From positions 93,684,001-93,748,000 of the forward strand of contig NW_024704743.1 in NCBI RefSeq assembly GCF_018977255.1: a stretch of DNA of 64,000 bases, in the 5' to 3' direction. Under the pieces are notes generated by a model. It ran no database searches and had not been told where the DNA came from. It was given only the letters and a program-made list of their open reading frames with translations. Below, piece after piece: positions 37,912 through 50,215 of the stretch. The translations under genes were made by a program, and so were the position numbers. Source of the stretch: Callorhinchus milii. Taxonomy: Eukaryota. Every line of letters starts with the position of its first letter. Positions within the stretch are counted from its first letter, which is position 1.

Positions 37912-38694
37912 AAACAGTTGCCTTTCTTTTTTCTATTACGGGCTTGGTTTTCATGAGACAAGCATACATATATTTTTATACTAATAAATATATTTATTTA
38001 ACAAGAGGATAAGGTACCAGATGTAATGATATACAGGTTATTGCACTTGAGTGCAAGTGGCTTGAAAATACATAACTCCAGTTGAATGCAACATGCCCCA
38101 AGGTATAATACTTCAGATCAAATATCCGCTTTAATAGACGTGCTTGGGGAAGCTACTGGCTGAGTGTTTTAATCATTAAAATGATGTGCAGCATATGTTT
38201 AAATAAAAATATCTGCTTATCTGCTTTGATCTGCTTACTGTTGATTTATTATCTCCAACAGACACAAGTTATCATACTTAACACGTACATAAACATGTGT
38301 GATTTTAGTCAGCATGTTGTTTTATTAAGAGAAACCATCAGCTGCTTGTCTTATTCTTTAATAGCTCTTAATTTGACAGTAAAACACTGTTACTGAAAGG
38401 CATGAAGCAAGTTGCTGAAGACAGCACTGTTGTCTAAGGACTCAAATACCCAGCAAATATCCACCAATGATGTTCCGCCTTAATACAGACCTTACATCAA
38501 TTTAGTCAGGAAGCTGCACAGTGCAATGTGATTATAAACAAGTGCACCGAGCACATATTCTATCCTGTGGTTTTACAAGGAATAGTGTTCCATTTGTTTA
38601 TTCACATGGGCTGTATGTGCAAAGCATTTGCAATATTATGTTTAACTCTCTTTTGCAAACTGTTCTTGCTAATTGTAATTGAATAATTCTTGTA

Positions 38695-38917
38695 TTATAA
38701 CAATAATAATAATCCTTGCATATGATATTGCACCTTATCATGTCTTTGACTCTATATTTTGTGGGCAAACGCGGCAGCCATTTGCGCACAGCAGTGTCCC
38801 ACAAACAGTCATGGATTGACTAACCAATTTTTTTTTGAAGGGATTATTACCCTGGGAAAAGCAATCCGCCAATCGACTAACAACCAGGTTCCTACTTACT
38901 GCTAGGTAAACAGAGGC
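38695..38917 (-). mobile_element. SINE subfamily B, 5'-truncated
   Basis: Matches the reverse complement of 35690-35950. Confidence 0.88.
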
Positions 38918-40019
38918 AAATGGCTAACCATGTTTATCTTCAGAAACAGTCATTAACTGGACAGTAATTACTTCTCAAATGTTCTGAAGATTTTTGACGT
39001 GATACGGTGCGATAAAGGTTCTTTGCTTGGCCACCTCCCCTGAGGCCTTTGATTACACGTCAAAAATAAAAACAATTTCATTTCAAAGAGTATACATTTT
39101 AAATCCACCTATATTGCACAAGCCAAAACATCCTCAGCTTCAGTCTGCCTGCCTGCCACTGTTACATAAGTTGGATCACGTTTTTCTGCCGTTATGGTCA
39201 ACAAATCAAAAGATTTCTCAAGGAAACGTAAGTTACACAAGACCTTTTATTTTAAAATCACAAGCAGGCAGGCGGTTGGAAAAAAGTGATTTGAGTTTGA
39301 TTTGTTACACCAATTCCTTGTTCGCTCGTTCTTTTCCCACCACTGCATTCCCACCCTGGGCCAGCAGCAATCACTGTTCCTTTATCACATGCTATTCAGG
39401 TTCCAATCCTGTTTGCTGTCAGTCAATCTATCCTCCCCACCCACTCCACTTCTTTTGACAAACACAAAGAATCTATTCTGATAGTTTAGAAATCAACAAA
39501 ATGTTCAAACTCTAACGTTTCTTGCGGTGTAAATTCAACGATCACTTCTCCTCTAGCGCGCAAGTTTTTTTATTATTGATAATAGTAATAATCCTTACAT
39601 TTGTATAGTGCCATATCATGTTGTCAAGACGTCTCAAAGAACTTCTCAGGTTTTTCTTTACTGTGACGGTGTAGTAATTGTGTATTTGTAGGTGAATCCC
39701 TGCTCACAGCGCAATTTACATCGTTGTGATTCAGATTGCTGATATTATTTGTACTGAGACATCTGTTTTTTTTTCAAAAATTGTATTCTTCACATGTGCA
39801 AAGTGTTTCTTATTTTAAAGATATTGTACTGTAAAGTGGGGGTGCTTTATACCTCATTCCAAAACATTGGACTCTGTGATTACAGAGCACAATTTCACGG
39901 TTCTCATTCTCACCCTAAGTTCTTCATGCTCCAGCATCCCTATATCTCTGTGACCCTCTCCTACCCCACTTTTCTGCTTGCCCCTCTGCTCAGCTAACTC
40001 AGGTCTGCTGCACAGCACA

Positions 40020-40550
40020 AGATCACAAGATTGTTTCAGATGAAAAAGGGCCTTCTGATCTCATCCTTCCAGAACACCTCCCATCACAGATTAAACTGCA
40101 TTTTAAATGAGTCCAATATCCTGGCCTCAATCACATTCCGAGGCAACCTGTTCCAATCATTATTTACCCTCTGAGTAATAAAAGTTTTCTGATATCTGTC
40201 CTGAAATTGCCCTCTTATTCTATTGTCTTGGTGCATTCTAAAGAATTGATCTGGGTTTACTTTTTTATTCCCATTTAAAATATACACCTCAATGAGGTCT
40301 CCTCTGAGTCGTCTTCCTTCAAGACTGAAGAGCTCTAGGTTGTCTAATCATTGCCTATTCCTCTAACACTAGGGATCAGCCTTGTTGCTCTCCCCTGCAC
40401 TAATTCTAGAGCCTGGCAGCGGTGACTAGAACTGTATGCAGTACTCCATCCGTGGCCTGACTAGTGGATTGTACAGCCTGAGAATGACATCTGGGAATCT
40501 AAACTTAACTGATTTATCAATATAGTCTAGCATCTTGCTCGCCTTTTGTA
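40020..40550 (-). mobile_element. CR1 3' fragment, decayed
   Basis: ORF 40084-40287 reads KVNPDQFF..RIRG..FITQRVNNDWNRLP; LE.RRLRGDLIEVY lies upstream. Confidence 0.82.
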
Positions 40551-40554
40551 TTGA

Positions 40555-40890
40555 AACTACCTCTCTGTGAACTTCTCCTACCCCACTCTTCCTTTCACCG
40601 CATCTGTTCAGCTAACTCGGGTCAACGGCTCGCCCCCTGCCCTTTCTGCGCAGCCTTCAGCTACCACTCCTCTAACTTCTGGACGCCTCCCCACCCCGCC
40701 TCACCCCCTCTCTGTCTGGCTTTAAATTTCCATCTAAAAAACTACTTCTTCAACTGTACTTGTAGTCATCTCATCCTTCTCCTATCCCGCTCCCTTTCTC
40801 CCTCACTAAGCATCCAATCCGTCTTTATGAAGTGCTCAGAAACATTAACCTCCATGAAAATGCTATATAAACTCTTAATTATTGTTGGTC
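40555..40890 (+). mobile_element. Highly decayed L2 3' fragment
   Basis: AFSY..WT..LKNYFF motifs; terminal atgaaaatgctatataaa. Confidence 0.6.
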
Positions 40891-42088
40891 ATTAATTTTC
40901 TGCAAAGTGCAGTCATTACACTTACCAATAATTAGTGAGGAGCCATTTTGATGTAAAAGGCATTATAAAAATGCAAGTTCTTGCCTATATTTCATTAGAC
41001 CAAGCACTTTGATTCTGTGTGTAAACGTTTTGTTTATTTAAGTCAGGGTAATTTACGCATTTTATAAAATAACATGTGGTGGAGAGTGAGTTACCAACCT
41101 GCAATCTGATTATTGTGTCTACATGGCAAGAGGTTTATAGATGCTATTAGAACTCTGTATTGCAACTACTGTCAATCCTTGTTCTCAGTGGTATGTTATA
41201 CTTTGAACATGTATTCGACATGAGGACATGATTTATTCTTAACCTTTAATTTCTGAGCTGTAGTCAGTGTGCCCCAGATATCTATGTTATGGCTCTGAGT
41301 AATTAATATGAATCTGGGTTTGACAGGAGGTTGTTAAAGGGAATTATTTAGCTCTTCTCACAGTTGCTTTTAAAATCTTAAATTTTACAGTGTAAAAACA
41401 ATAGCTAACATTAGGGAAATTAATAAGCTGCCAGCTTCCAGAGTAAGACAGAAATTAAGAATTTAAATTTGAAGGCATTGGTCTTAAGACTAAATCCATG
41501 AAGTATTTTAGGTCTCTGAAAACATCATCTGAAAACGTCAGCCAAGCTCAGTTGGTAGCATTCTTGCAAGATTCTTTGTAATTTTATTTCTAAGTGCAAA
41601 ATCACCTTCAAATTTAAGGCTGAATTTAAGAGTTTTCCAAAATTCTGCACACAATGAAGTTTTAAGATCAATGATTAGGACCAAGAGGAATGTCATGCCT
41701 CAAACCACTATTTTTAACAATCAGCATGGAAATACATCTGGTGGGGGTGGGGGGTAAACAAAATGTAGTATGATATTATCACATAGCACATTTCTCACTT
41801 TCTCACCCCATTGATTTATCGTTCATGCTAAATTGCTTCTGTGAACTCAGGATAACTGACTGTCAGTTGACTCTGTTTTCTTGCAGTCCTCTAGTCGTCA
41901 GCTGCTTGTGAGACAGCAAAAATGATAGCGCTGAATCAAAGGAGTACTTCAAACATGGAAATAGAAGTTCATAATAAACGTCAGTGCTCGGGCATTCATT
42001 TTTGAGTCACTTTCATTCCAGAAATTAAACATAGTGGGTTAACATCTTAAAAAGTTATTTTATTTTTTGCAATTCCCACCTGTACTCC

Positions 42089-42707
42089 ATAATAATAATA
42101 ATCATTGCATTTGTTATAGTGCTTTTCATGTCAGGAGGACTTCCCAAAGTGCTTCTTTTTGACCGAGCCTTCACCTCCCCTCTCGACTCTCTTCCCCCTC
42201 CTCGCTCCCTCCCTCCCCTCACCTCACCCTGACCATTTCCCCCTCCTTGCTCCCTCCCTTCCCTCACCCTGACCATTTCCCCCCTCCTCGCTCCCTCCCT
42301 TCCCTCCCCTCACCCTGACCATTTCCCCCCTCCTCGCTCCCTCCCTTCCCTCCCCTCACCCTGACCATTTCCCCCCTGCTCGGGTCATGACCCAACTGTG
42401 CAGCGCCTTGGGACGTCCTCCTGACGTGAAAGGCGCTTTATAAATGGAATCTTGTTGTTGTTGTTGTTGTTGTTGCTTCGAAGGATGTACTGTAAAGTGC
42501 AGTGACACTGTAGCCAATTTTGCACACAGTAATGGAATCTTTAAATTTTGGTTTAATGTCTCATCCGAACGATAGCATCTCCGCCAATGAAACCCCCAGC
42601 ACTGCATAAGAGTGTCAGTTTAGACTATGTGATTCCAAGTTCCGATATGGGGTTTGACCCTGCAACCTCTGATTCAGAGGCGAGAGTCCTACCAACTTAG
42701 CCAGCCT
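42089..42707 (-). mobile_element. Deu-domain SINE split by an L2 3' fragment
   Basis: Tail at 42089-42154 resumes at ~42474. Head ends ..ccaacttagccagcct at 42707. Confidence 0.82.
42155..42474 (+). mobile_element. Young L2 3' end with tandemly amplified 3' UTR unit
   Basis: Unit ctcaccctgaccatttccccc.. occurs four times. Stem-loop and (TTG)n tail present. TGCTTC occurs at both junctions. Confidence 0.92.
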
Positions 42708-43144
42708 AATTTCGTATAATTATAAAACACTATACTCTAATAATAATAATCTTTGCATTTGATATAGTACCTTATCATGTCATGTCGTTGAGATGTCTCA
42801 AAGCGCTTCACAGAATATAGTGCAACGTGAATTGACTGTATACTTTACCCAATTAAAGTGTGTTTTCACAAATGTGTTTATCACTATTAGAATGAAAAGT
42901 GTGGGGTTGCAGTTGCTCAGTGCCTCCAAAGATCCCTTGAATCAACAAGCACAAATAACACTGTTGTAGCAATCATTGTATTTAATTTTCAAGCTCCAAT
43001 GATACCCAAAGGAAAAGGGGAAAAAGGGAGCATTTAATGTAAATAAAGCACAGTCACTTAGCCCACTCCACCCCTCCACCTACCCCCCTATACCCAACAA
43101 AAAGAAAAATTGCATGTTACCCTCCAACAGAAATTCAGAAATCC

Positions 43145-44050
43145 CATCAGATTACTAATGTACATATTTTAGTTTATTTAAAAAGAAAACTTTTGTTATT
43201 TATTCCCTTAAAACCATTTCTTACTCTAGGAAGATGACGTGTCTTTTCCGATCCATATTTTTTAGCTGAAGAATTTTATCAAATGTTTTCCTGAACGCGA
43301 GTGAGAGAGAGAGAGAGAGAGAAAAAAAAAGGTTCTTATTTGTCTTTTGGAGGTTGGGATCTGCGTTCTCTACTTGTAATTTGAAAGTGCCCCTTTATGT
43401 GCTTGTACATTCCTTCAGAGCAGAGAGAAGTGGGCTCCAGTGGGAAGCAGAAAAAGCAATGGCTGACCTTGTCCTTCATTGCCGAGGGTCTGTGGGTTTG
43501 GGCCAGGGACAGGAACTCCCTGTACAGACACTGTGTCTGCAGCATACAACCTACTCCACAGTGGAACACTTTGTTCACTGCCACCAAGGAAAACTTACAC
43601 AAAAATTCAGCCTGTAGAAAGCTGAATCTTTGCTGCCCATTTCTTTTCCCCTAAATATGCCTTGAGAATTCTTCTGGCAAATTAAATGAAACAGTTATAG
43701 TTTGAAGTATTCAGGCTGCTTAAATAGGATAGAATTACATTCAAACCAAAGTAACAGATAGTTACAGTTCATAAGAATTTCTCACTTAGTGTGCGACTGG
43801 TACAGAGTGTTGTCTATAAAAACATTATCATTCATGCCTTGACCCTTTGCATACTGTGTGTTTCTGGAGATGAAATGACAAGACCGAACCTGTTAAACAC
43901 CAGTATATGTGACATTTTGCACATCATCCTCATCAGATTATTTATATGTATATTTTAGTTTACTTAAAAAGAAAATTTCTGGTATTTATTTCCTCAAAAC
44001 CATTTCTTATTCTAGGAAAATGAAGTGTCTTTTCCGATTCATATTTTTTT
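43145..44050 (+). repeat. ~120-bp diverged direct repeat pair (43145-43263 and 43931-44050)
   Basis: catcagatta..atattttagttta.ttaaaaagaaaa..aaaaccatttctta.tctaggaa.atga.gtgtcttttccgat.catattttt occurs in both copies. Confidence 0.88.
43303..43322. repeat. (GA)n microsatellite
   Basis: gagagagagagagagagaga. Confidence 0.95.
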
Positions 44051-44612
44051 TTGAAATGTCATATAGAAGTTTTTTAAGATTCTCTGGAACACTATAAAAC
44101 AGAATAAGTTACACAACCTGTTCTTCTCCACGCCTGACCTCCTCCCACCCACCCCCCCACCCCACCCTAGTTGTGGGGGAGAAGGGGAGCATGCACACTG
44201 TCCAATTGTATCATACTGTAACCTCACACCTTAGCTGACATTTTCTTCGCTGGTTCTTGGCTAGCCTCTGCCAAGAATGGAGATACAGTGCTGTTTTAAG
44301 ATGCTGCACTCCTGAGTGTAGCTGGCATGAAGCCTCTATGCTTAAAGTAGGCAGGGACGAGTCGGGTCCCAGTCCTAGCACTTTTCTTCACATGCAATTT
44401 AGAGCAAATAACTCCAGTGAGGGATCGAGTACCAGCAAAAATACTATGGGCCAAATGGCCTCCTTCTGTTGCCATTAATGTTATATGTGATGTGGCGTGA
44501 TGAAATGTGGTGAAAATTGTAACCTGTGTTATGTTATCACAAACCTTGCCTGGGGCACCCATAGCTCATTAAAACATCGTCGAGACTTCTCAAAATGATT
44601 CACAGGATATCA

Positions 44613-44752
44613 AAACATAGAAGCATAGAAACAGGAGTAGGCTATTCAGCCCCTCGAGCCATTTTATAAGATCATGGCTGATCAGTACCTCAAGTCCAGT
44701 TACGCACCCTTACCCTATATCCCTTAATACCCTGACCTAACAAATATCTATC
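44613..44752 (-). mobile_element. CR1 3' tip
   Basis: aaacatagaagcatagaaacaggagtaggc.. matches the 3' end of the CR1 at 24045. Confidence 0.88.
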
Positions 44753-44869
44753 TTTGTGCTGCCCACAAAACACAGTAATTCCACTTTGCAGTATATCCTG
44801 TGAAGCACTTTGAAACGTCCTTCCAGCAAGAAAGGCGCAATACTGTTTTATTATATTGATATATATTAT

Positions 44870-45229
44870 TTTTATAAAGTGGATTGACAGTGTGTATTTT
44901 GTGCAGTGAGTGACCAATTTTTCATTTGAGGGATTGCTGGACAAGACACTCCTATCAAATTGTGCCATGGGATCTTTAACGTCCACCTGGATAGGCAGAT
45001 GAGATTTCAGGTTAATATCTCATCCTAAGGACGGCACCTCCGACAACCCCAGTACTGCACTGGAGTGTCATCATAGACTATATTGGGATGTTCTCCCGAT
45101 GTGAAAGACACTCTATAAATGTGATTTTGTTGTTGTTTGATGTATATGGGTTCCAAGTCCCAACTTAGGGCTTGAACCGACAACTTTCTGACTCAAAGGT
45201 GAGAGTGCTGCCAACTGAGCCAAGCTGAC
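44870..45229 (-). mobile_element. Deu-domain SINE with an embedded L2 tip (~45084-45137, +)
   Basis: gtgccatgggatctttaacgtccacctg core and ..gctgccaactgagccaagctgac head. Contains tgggatgttctcccgatgtgaaagacactctataaatg..(ttg)n. Confidence 0.85.
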
Positions 45230-45719
45230 GCACAATTTGAGAGACAAAAAGGACAGAATTTGCAGAGTAAAGGCATGTTGGACCATAAATAAGCACTGAA
45301 TGAGATGTAATTAAAGAGTGGTATTTTGACGGTGCTACTGCATATTTTGCATGCCAATTAAAAGGTTTCTGGAATTTCTTACCTTATGAAAAGGAAGTGG
45401 GCTATTTAATTCCTAATAGCTACTCGTGATGGGATTTTTTGTTCGTAAGTGTACGTAAAGGCAGCAAATTTACCAACAAACAGAGAGCAACCCCCAACAC
45501 TCCCCACCGCCAACCTTATCCTAAATTCTTGCTTCAACACTAAATGAATGCTGAAATAAAGCCAATTCTGTAAAAAAAAAGCTATGAAGGTACAATATTT
45601 AGCATAGACTATAAAATGAAAATTAAAAACAGGCGAGTTTAAAAAGCGATCCTGAGGAAATAGTAGCATATGTGGTGCGGCTGCTCAGCTGATACAGGCC
45701 GGCTGCATGCCCTTAGCCA

Positions 45720-45950
45720 GACCATTATCGTAACTAGCCCCCTAACCTTTGGAACTCATTGCCTCAATCGCTCCCTCACGCACTCTCTAACTATCATTAA
45801 CTATCGTTAAAATCCCACCTTAAAACTGATCTTGCGGTCACCTTCCCTTGTTTGGTGTCCAACCCCGCCACTATGCCATTTTCCAAAACACTATCCTGAG
45901 TGAAAAGCGCTTTATAAATGCAAGTTGTTATCATTGTTATTGTTGTTGTT
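45720..45950 (+). mobile_element. Older L2 3' tip
   Basis: ctttggaactcattgcctc..gtgaaaagcgctttataaatgcaagttgtt. Confidence 0.75.
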
Positions 45951-46179
45951 GCTTCATGCCAGAAAAAATGCCTTAAGATGTAAAGTATATGTTCTTCAGT
46001 GAAATCTACTTATAATTCATTCCAACCTCAGTTTCAAAAGGAGATCGGCACAGCCTCGCAGTGCCTTGGTTAGTGAGACATTTCCAGTGACTGCAACAAG
46101 TGCCAAAACATGAAGCCTTTCACAGTTGGCAAACATATGTGTGGCAAAAAGAATAGTGAATATGTGGGACACAACAAAA

Positions 46180-47150
46180 TATGTATGCGGATGACACCCA
46201 GCTCTATCTTTCTGCCTTCACCCTCAACTCCAGGACCACTGCTGTCCTGACAGATTGCCTGTCGGACATCAAGTCCTGGATGAGGGCAAACTTCCAACAG
46301 TTGAATGTGAACAAGACTGAGGCCCTCCTGATTGGCTCACGCCAGCGCCTCAGCACCTCAGGCTCTGGCAGCATCAACCTCCATGGTTTCACACTTCAAC
46401 TCACCAGCCAGTCAGGAACCCAGGTGTCTTGTTCGACCCTCAACTGTCTTCTCTTGCCCACATCCAAGCCGTGACCCACTCTGCCTTCCCTCAGCTCCGT
46501 AACATCACCCGATTCTGACACTACCTCACCCCTCAGGTCGCTGAAACCCTTGTTCATGCCTTCATTACCTCCAGGCTCGACTATGCAAACGCCCTGCTTG
46601 TCGGCCTTCCCAACTTCTCCCTCCACAGGCTGCAGATAATCCAGAACTCTGCAGCCCGTGTCCTCTCCCGCACCAAACTCAGTGACCCCATCGCCCCCAT
46701 TCTCGCCCCACTCCATTGGCTCCCTATCCTTTAGAGGATCCAGTTCAAGATCCTGGTCCTCAACTACAAATCGCTCAATGGTCTCGCCCCACCCTGCCTC
46801 TGCGATCTCCTAACCCCCTACCAACCCGCCCGCTCCCTCCACTCAGCTGGCTCTGGCCTGCTCCACATCCCCTGACTCACCCACCCCACCATTGGCAGGA
46901 GAGCCTTCAGCCACTCTGCCCCCAACCTCTGGAATTCCATCCCCCAATCACTCCGCCTCGTCCCCTCCTTAGCCTCCTTGAGGTCCCGCCTCAAAACCCT
47001 CCTCTTCAACCATGCCATTGGCCACCCCCCTTCCCCTCCCCTCCCTTCCCCCCACAACCCCAGCTCGGGTCTGAATGCTGTATCCAGCGCCTTGGGACGT
47101 CCTCCCGACATTAAAGGCGCTATACAAATGTAATTTTGTTGTTGTTGTTA
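46180..47150 (+). mobile_element. L2 LINE, 5'-truncated at the YADD motif
   Basis: ORF 46181 reads [33 protein letters not shown]. Continues to the stem-loop and (TTG)n tail. Confidence 0.95.
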
Positions 47151-47189
47151 TTGTTTATCACCAGACAGCCTGCACAACAGAATATTTGT

Positions 47190-47520
47190 GGAGTCCTGTA
47201 GCTCAGTGGTTAGAGCACTCGCTTTGCAAGCGAGAGACCTGAGTTCAATTCCAGGCAGGGCGAAACCTTGGGCAAGTTTCCTTACTCCACACGCCTAATA
47301 ATAATCCCTCCAAAACCAAAAACAATAATAAAAAAAAATTGGTCATTTTCTATCTACGACTGTTTGTGGGACATTGCTGTGCGCAATTGGCTGCCGCGTT
47401 CGCCCACAAATATACAGTCAATTCACTTTACAGTGTGTTCTGTGAAGCGCTTTGGGACGTCCTTCCGACGTGAAAAGCGCTATATCAAATACAAGGATTA
47501 TTATTATTATTATTATTATT
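47190..47520 (+). mobile_element. Young tRNA-derived SINE, subfamily A, full length
   Basis: Intact box A and box B, TTTGCAA loop, 3' stem-loop and (TTA)n tail. Confidence 0.95.
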
Positions 47521-49189
47521 TAAAAGAAAGACGAGTGGAATGCAGTCACCTGCTAATTAGTTGCAAATATCGCAGCATTCTTGGAAAAGCAAAATTATTT
47601 GGACAGCACTATTATCTCTGTAGCTTCACACTCCCTTGAATGTTTGGAGGGATTTATAATAAATTCTATCATTTTAGCTGCTATTTAACCAAGGAATTTC
47701 TCTCTCTGAATTACTGTATGTGCATGTGTGTAGCTTCCTATGTTTCATAAAGAACATAAGAAATGATAGACAAAAAAAGACCAAGGTCCATCTAGTTCGC
47801 CTTCCACCTTCCTGGCAATCGCATGGCTTTCTAGTGGTTGCATGAAAGTTTCTAGTGGTTGCATTTACTCTCTTTCCAGAATTGTACATTGTATTAATTA
47901 TGATTATATTGATTATATCCACAATTCTCTGTTTATAATTCCTTTTGCAATTTCTCCAATTTCAACCCCAAAGGTATCGTCAGTTCAATGTCAGGAACAC
48001 AGTCTTTTCTTCAAGGCCATTGTGCTTCTCACAATCTTCCCAACAGCTGTATTTGCCTATTCATAGCATTCAAATACCATTTCTATTCTTTTGCAAGTCA
48101 TGGTAGAGGAGCAGCACTGCACTTGTTTCATTGGCTACTGAACATTCATCCTGACTTAGGTGCATTTACTTACAGGCCATTTAAAGCAAACATTGGAGTC
48201 TGTTTAATGGCATGTTTGCTCATTTTCACACTGGACAAGAGAATGCTCAGAGGAGAGCTTATTGACATATTAAAGATCTAAAGGAGTGCAGATGAACTAA
48301 ACCTATATAAAAAATCATTAGATTTAACATAATGTCTCAAAGTACTTCACAAATACCTGCAATCATGTACGTTAGTAAACACGGCAGCCAATTTGTGCAC
48401 AGCATGTCCCACAAACAGCCGTGAAGTGAATGACTAATTTGCTTGGTGCATTTTGGACTTTTTTTTCTTGGAGTTTCAGGGGATATTTAACCTCTAAATT
48501 TTTTTAAAAAAAAACTGCGTGAACAGGAAGATGTGATTGGTTTTAATGCCTTTTTTAAAAGACAGTGCCTCTGACAATGCATTGCTTCCCCCCAGTACAA
48601 CACTGGAGCAGTAGCAGCAGAATATTCTCTTTCTCCACTTCCACATGTTAGGCCCCAGGGTCATAAGCCCCTTTTTCACTCACTTACTCAAAATATCACA
48701 CTTCTGTGAACAAACAGCTGCCATGTGCAAACCACCACATCTGGATGGGTTCCAATGCGTTCAATGTGACTCATGCAGCCAAACCCTGATAAGACCTCAT
48801 CAATCACCCAAATCCCAACAAAACATTTGATTGAAAGAATAACCTGATCCAGACAGATAAATAGGTGATATATCCTTTTAACCCTTGAGCCTAAAACACA
48901 AGAAAATAGTAGTGCAACAGCCTAACCTTATCCTGTCCAGAGATCAATCAAAATATGTTCAATCACTTAAATATATTCAATTGCCAAAATTCCACTAATA
49001 TCCTTTTAATAGTAGAAAATCGTGAATTTAGGTAGAATAAAACTTACATAAGTCTTATCTTCATAAATCGTATAATCGCCTAGGTTGTACATTCATCCCA
49101 ATCCCATTCAGTTTCCTATCAAAACCACTTTGATTTATTTTCACTATTCGTATTAATCACCCCCTAACTCGTAACACCATTTCCCTACC

Positions 49190-49502
49190 CTCCATTACTT
49201 CCGCACATACCAGCTACTGAATCGTGGGAAACATAGTCTTGATCCATCGATGCATGCACAGATAAACTTTGTTTCCACCGTTTGATGGTATTTGCGCACG
49301 CGGTGACGGATCAAAATGCATTGAATTGCGGGAAATGTAGTTTTGACTCATCACCAAATGTGCACTTACCAGCTGCAGTGCTGAACTACCTCATGGGTAG
49401 TTACTGGCCGCATTGAATTGCACATACACTGTGCAGATTATTGATTAAATTGGTTTGTATACGACTTATACATTTTGCTTGCAACTCGGACTTCCCGTAA
49501 GT
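49190..49502. promoter_or_regulatory. Candidate (bidirectional) promoter with ZNF143/SBS-type motifs
   Basis: 13 CpGs in 49201-49500. Minus strand carries ACTACATTTCCCGCAATTCAATGCA (49317-49341) and ACTATGTTTCCCACGATTCAGTA (49215-49237). NRF1-like TGCGCACGCG and ETS-like ACTTCCG present. Outward-facing GTAAGT donors at 49497 (+) and 49047 (-). Confidence 0.55.
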
Positions 49503-49619
49503 CATATTAAATGATATAGCTGGTTCTACACAATTGAACTTATTCTTATTATGCTTATTCTCCTCTTATTTATTATATTATTATTATTTTCTATTGCTAT
49601 CCAGTTACTTTTACTATCC

Positions 49620-50215
49620 TCCACACCTCAGGCGCTGACAGTATCACCATCCACAGATGTACACTCCACTTTACCAAGCCAGTCCGGAACCTTGGTGTAT
49701 TGTTTGAGCCTCATCTATCCTTTCTACCCCACATCCGTGCCATGACCCGCTTTACCTTCCCCCACCTCCGCCACATCACCTGGCTTCGCCACTGTCTCAC
49801 ACAGCAAGCCTCCGAAACTCTCATATACACATTCATAAATTCCAGACTTGACAATGCAAACACCTGCTTGTCGGCCTCCCCAACTTCTCCCTTCACAGAC
49901 TGCAGATCATCCAGAACTCTGCAGCCCGTGTCCTCTCCCCCAACATGCTATGTGACCCGATCACCCTCATCCCCGCCCGCCTCCATCACACAGAGGATAC
50001 AGTTCAAGATCTTGGTCCTCACCTTCAAAGCCCTTCATGGTCTTGCTCCCCCCTACCTCTGCAACCTCCTAACACCCTACTAACCTGCCCACTCTCTCTG
50101 CTCAGCGGGCCCCGGCCTGCTTCATGTCCCTCGCCTCGCTCGCCCCACCATTAGCAGGCGAGCCTTCAGCCTCTCTGCCCCTACCCTCTGGAACTCCATC
50201 GCGCAGTCCCTCCAG
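49620..50215 (+). mobile_element. L2 fragment
   Basis: ORF 49700 reads [44 protein letters not shown]. Confidence 0.93.

Noticed and set aside
42210..42380. CRISPR-like array
   Set aside because: Contiguous tandem units without unique spacers, inside a vertebrate L2 3' UTR. No cas genes.
47827..47866. Short tandem duplications (here 21 bp; also ~20193-20226)
   Set aside because: Ordinary replication-slippage events with no further structure.
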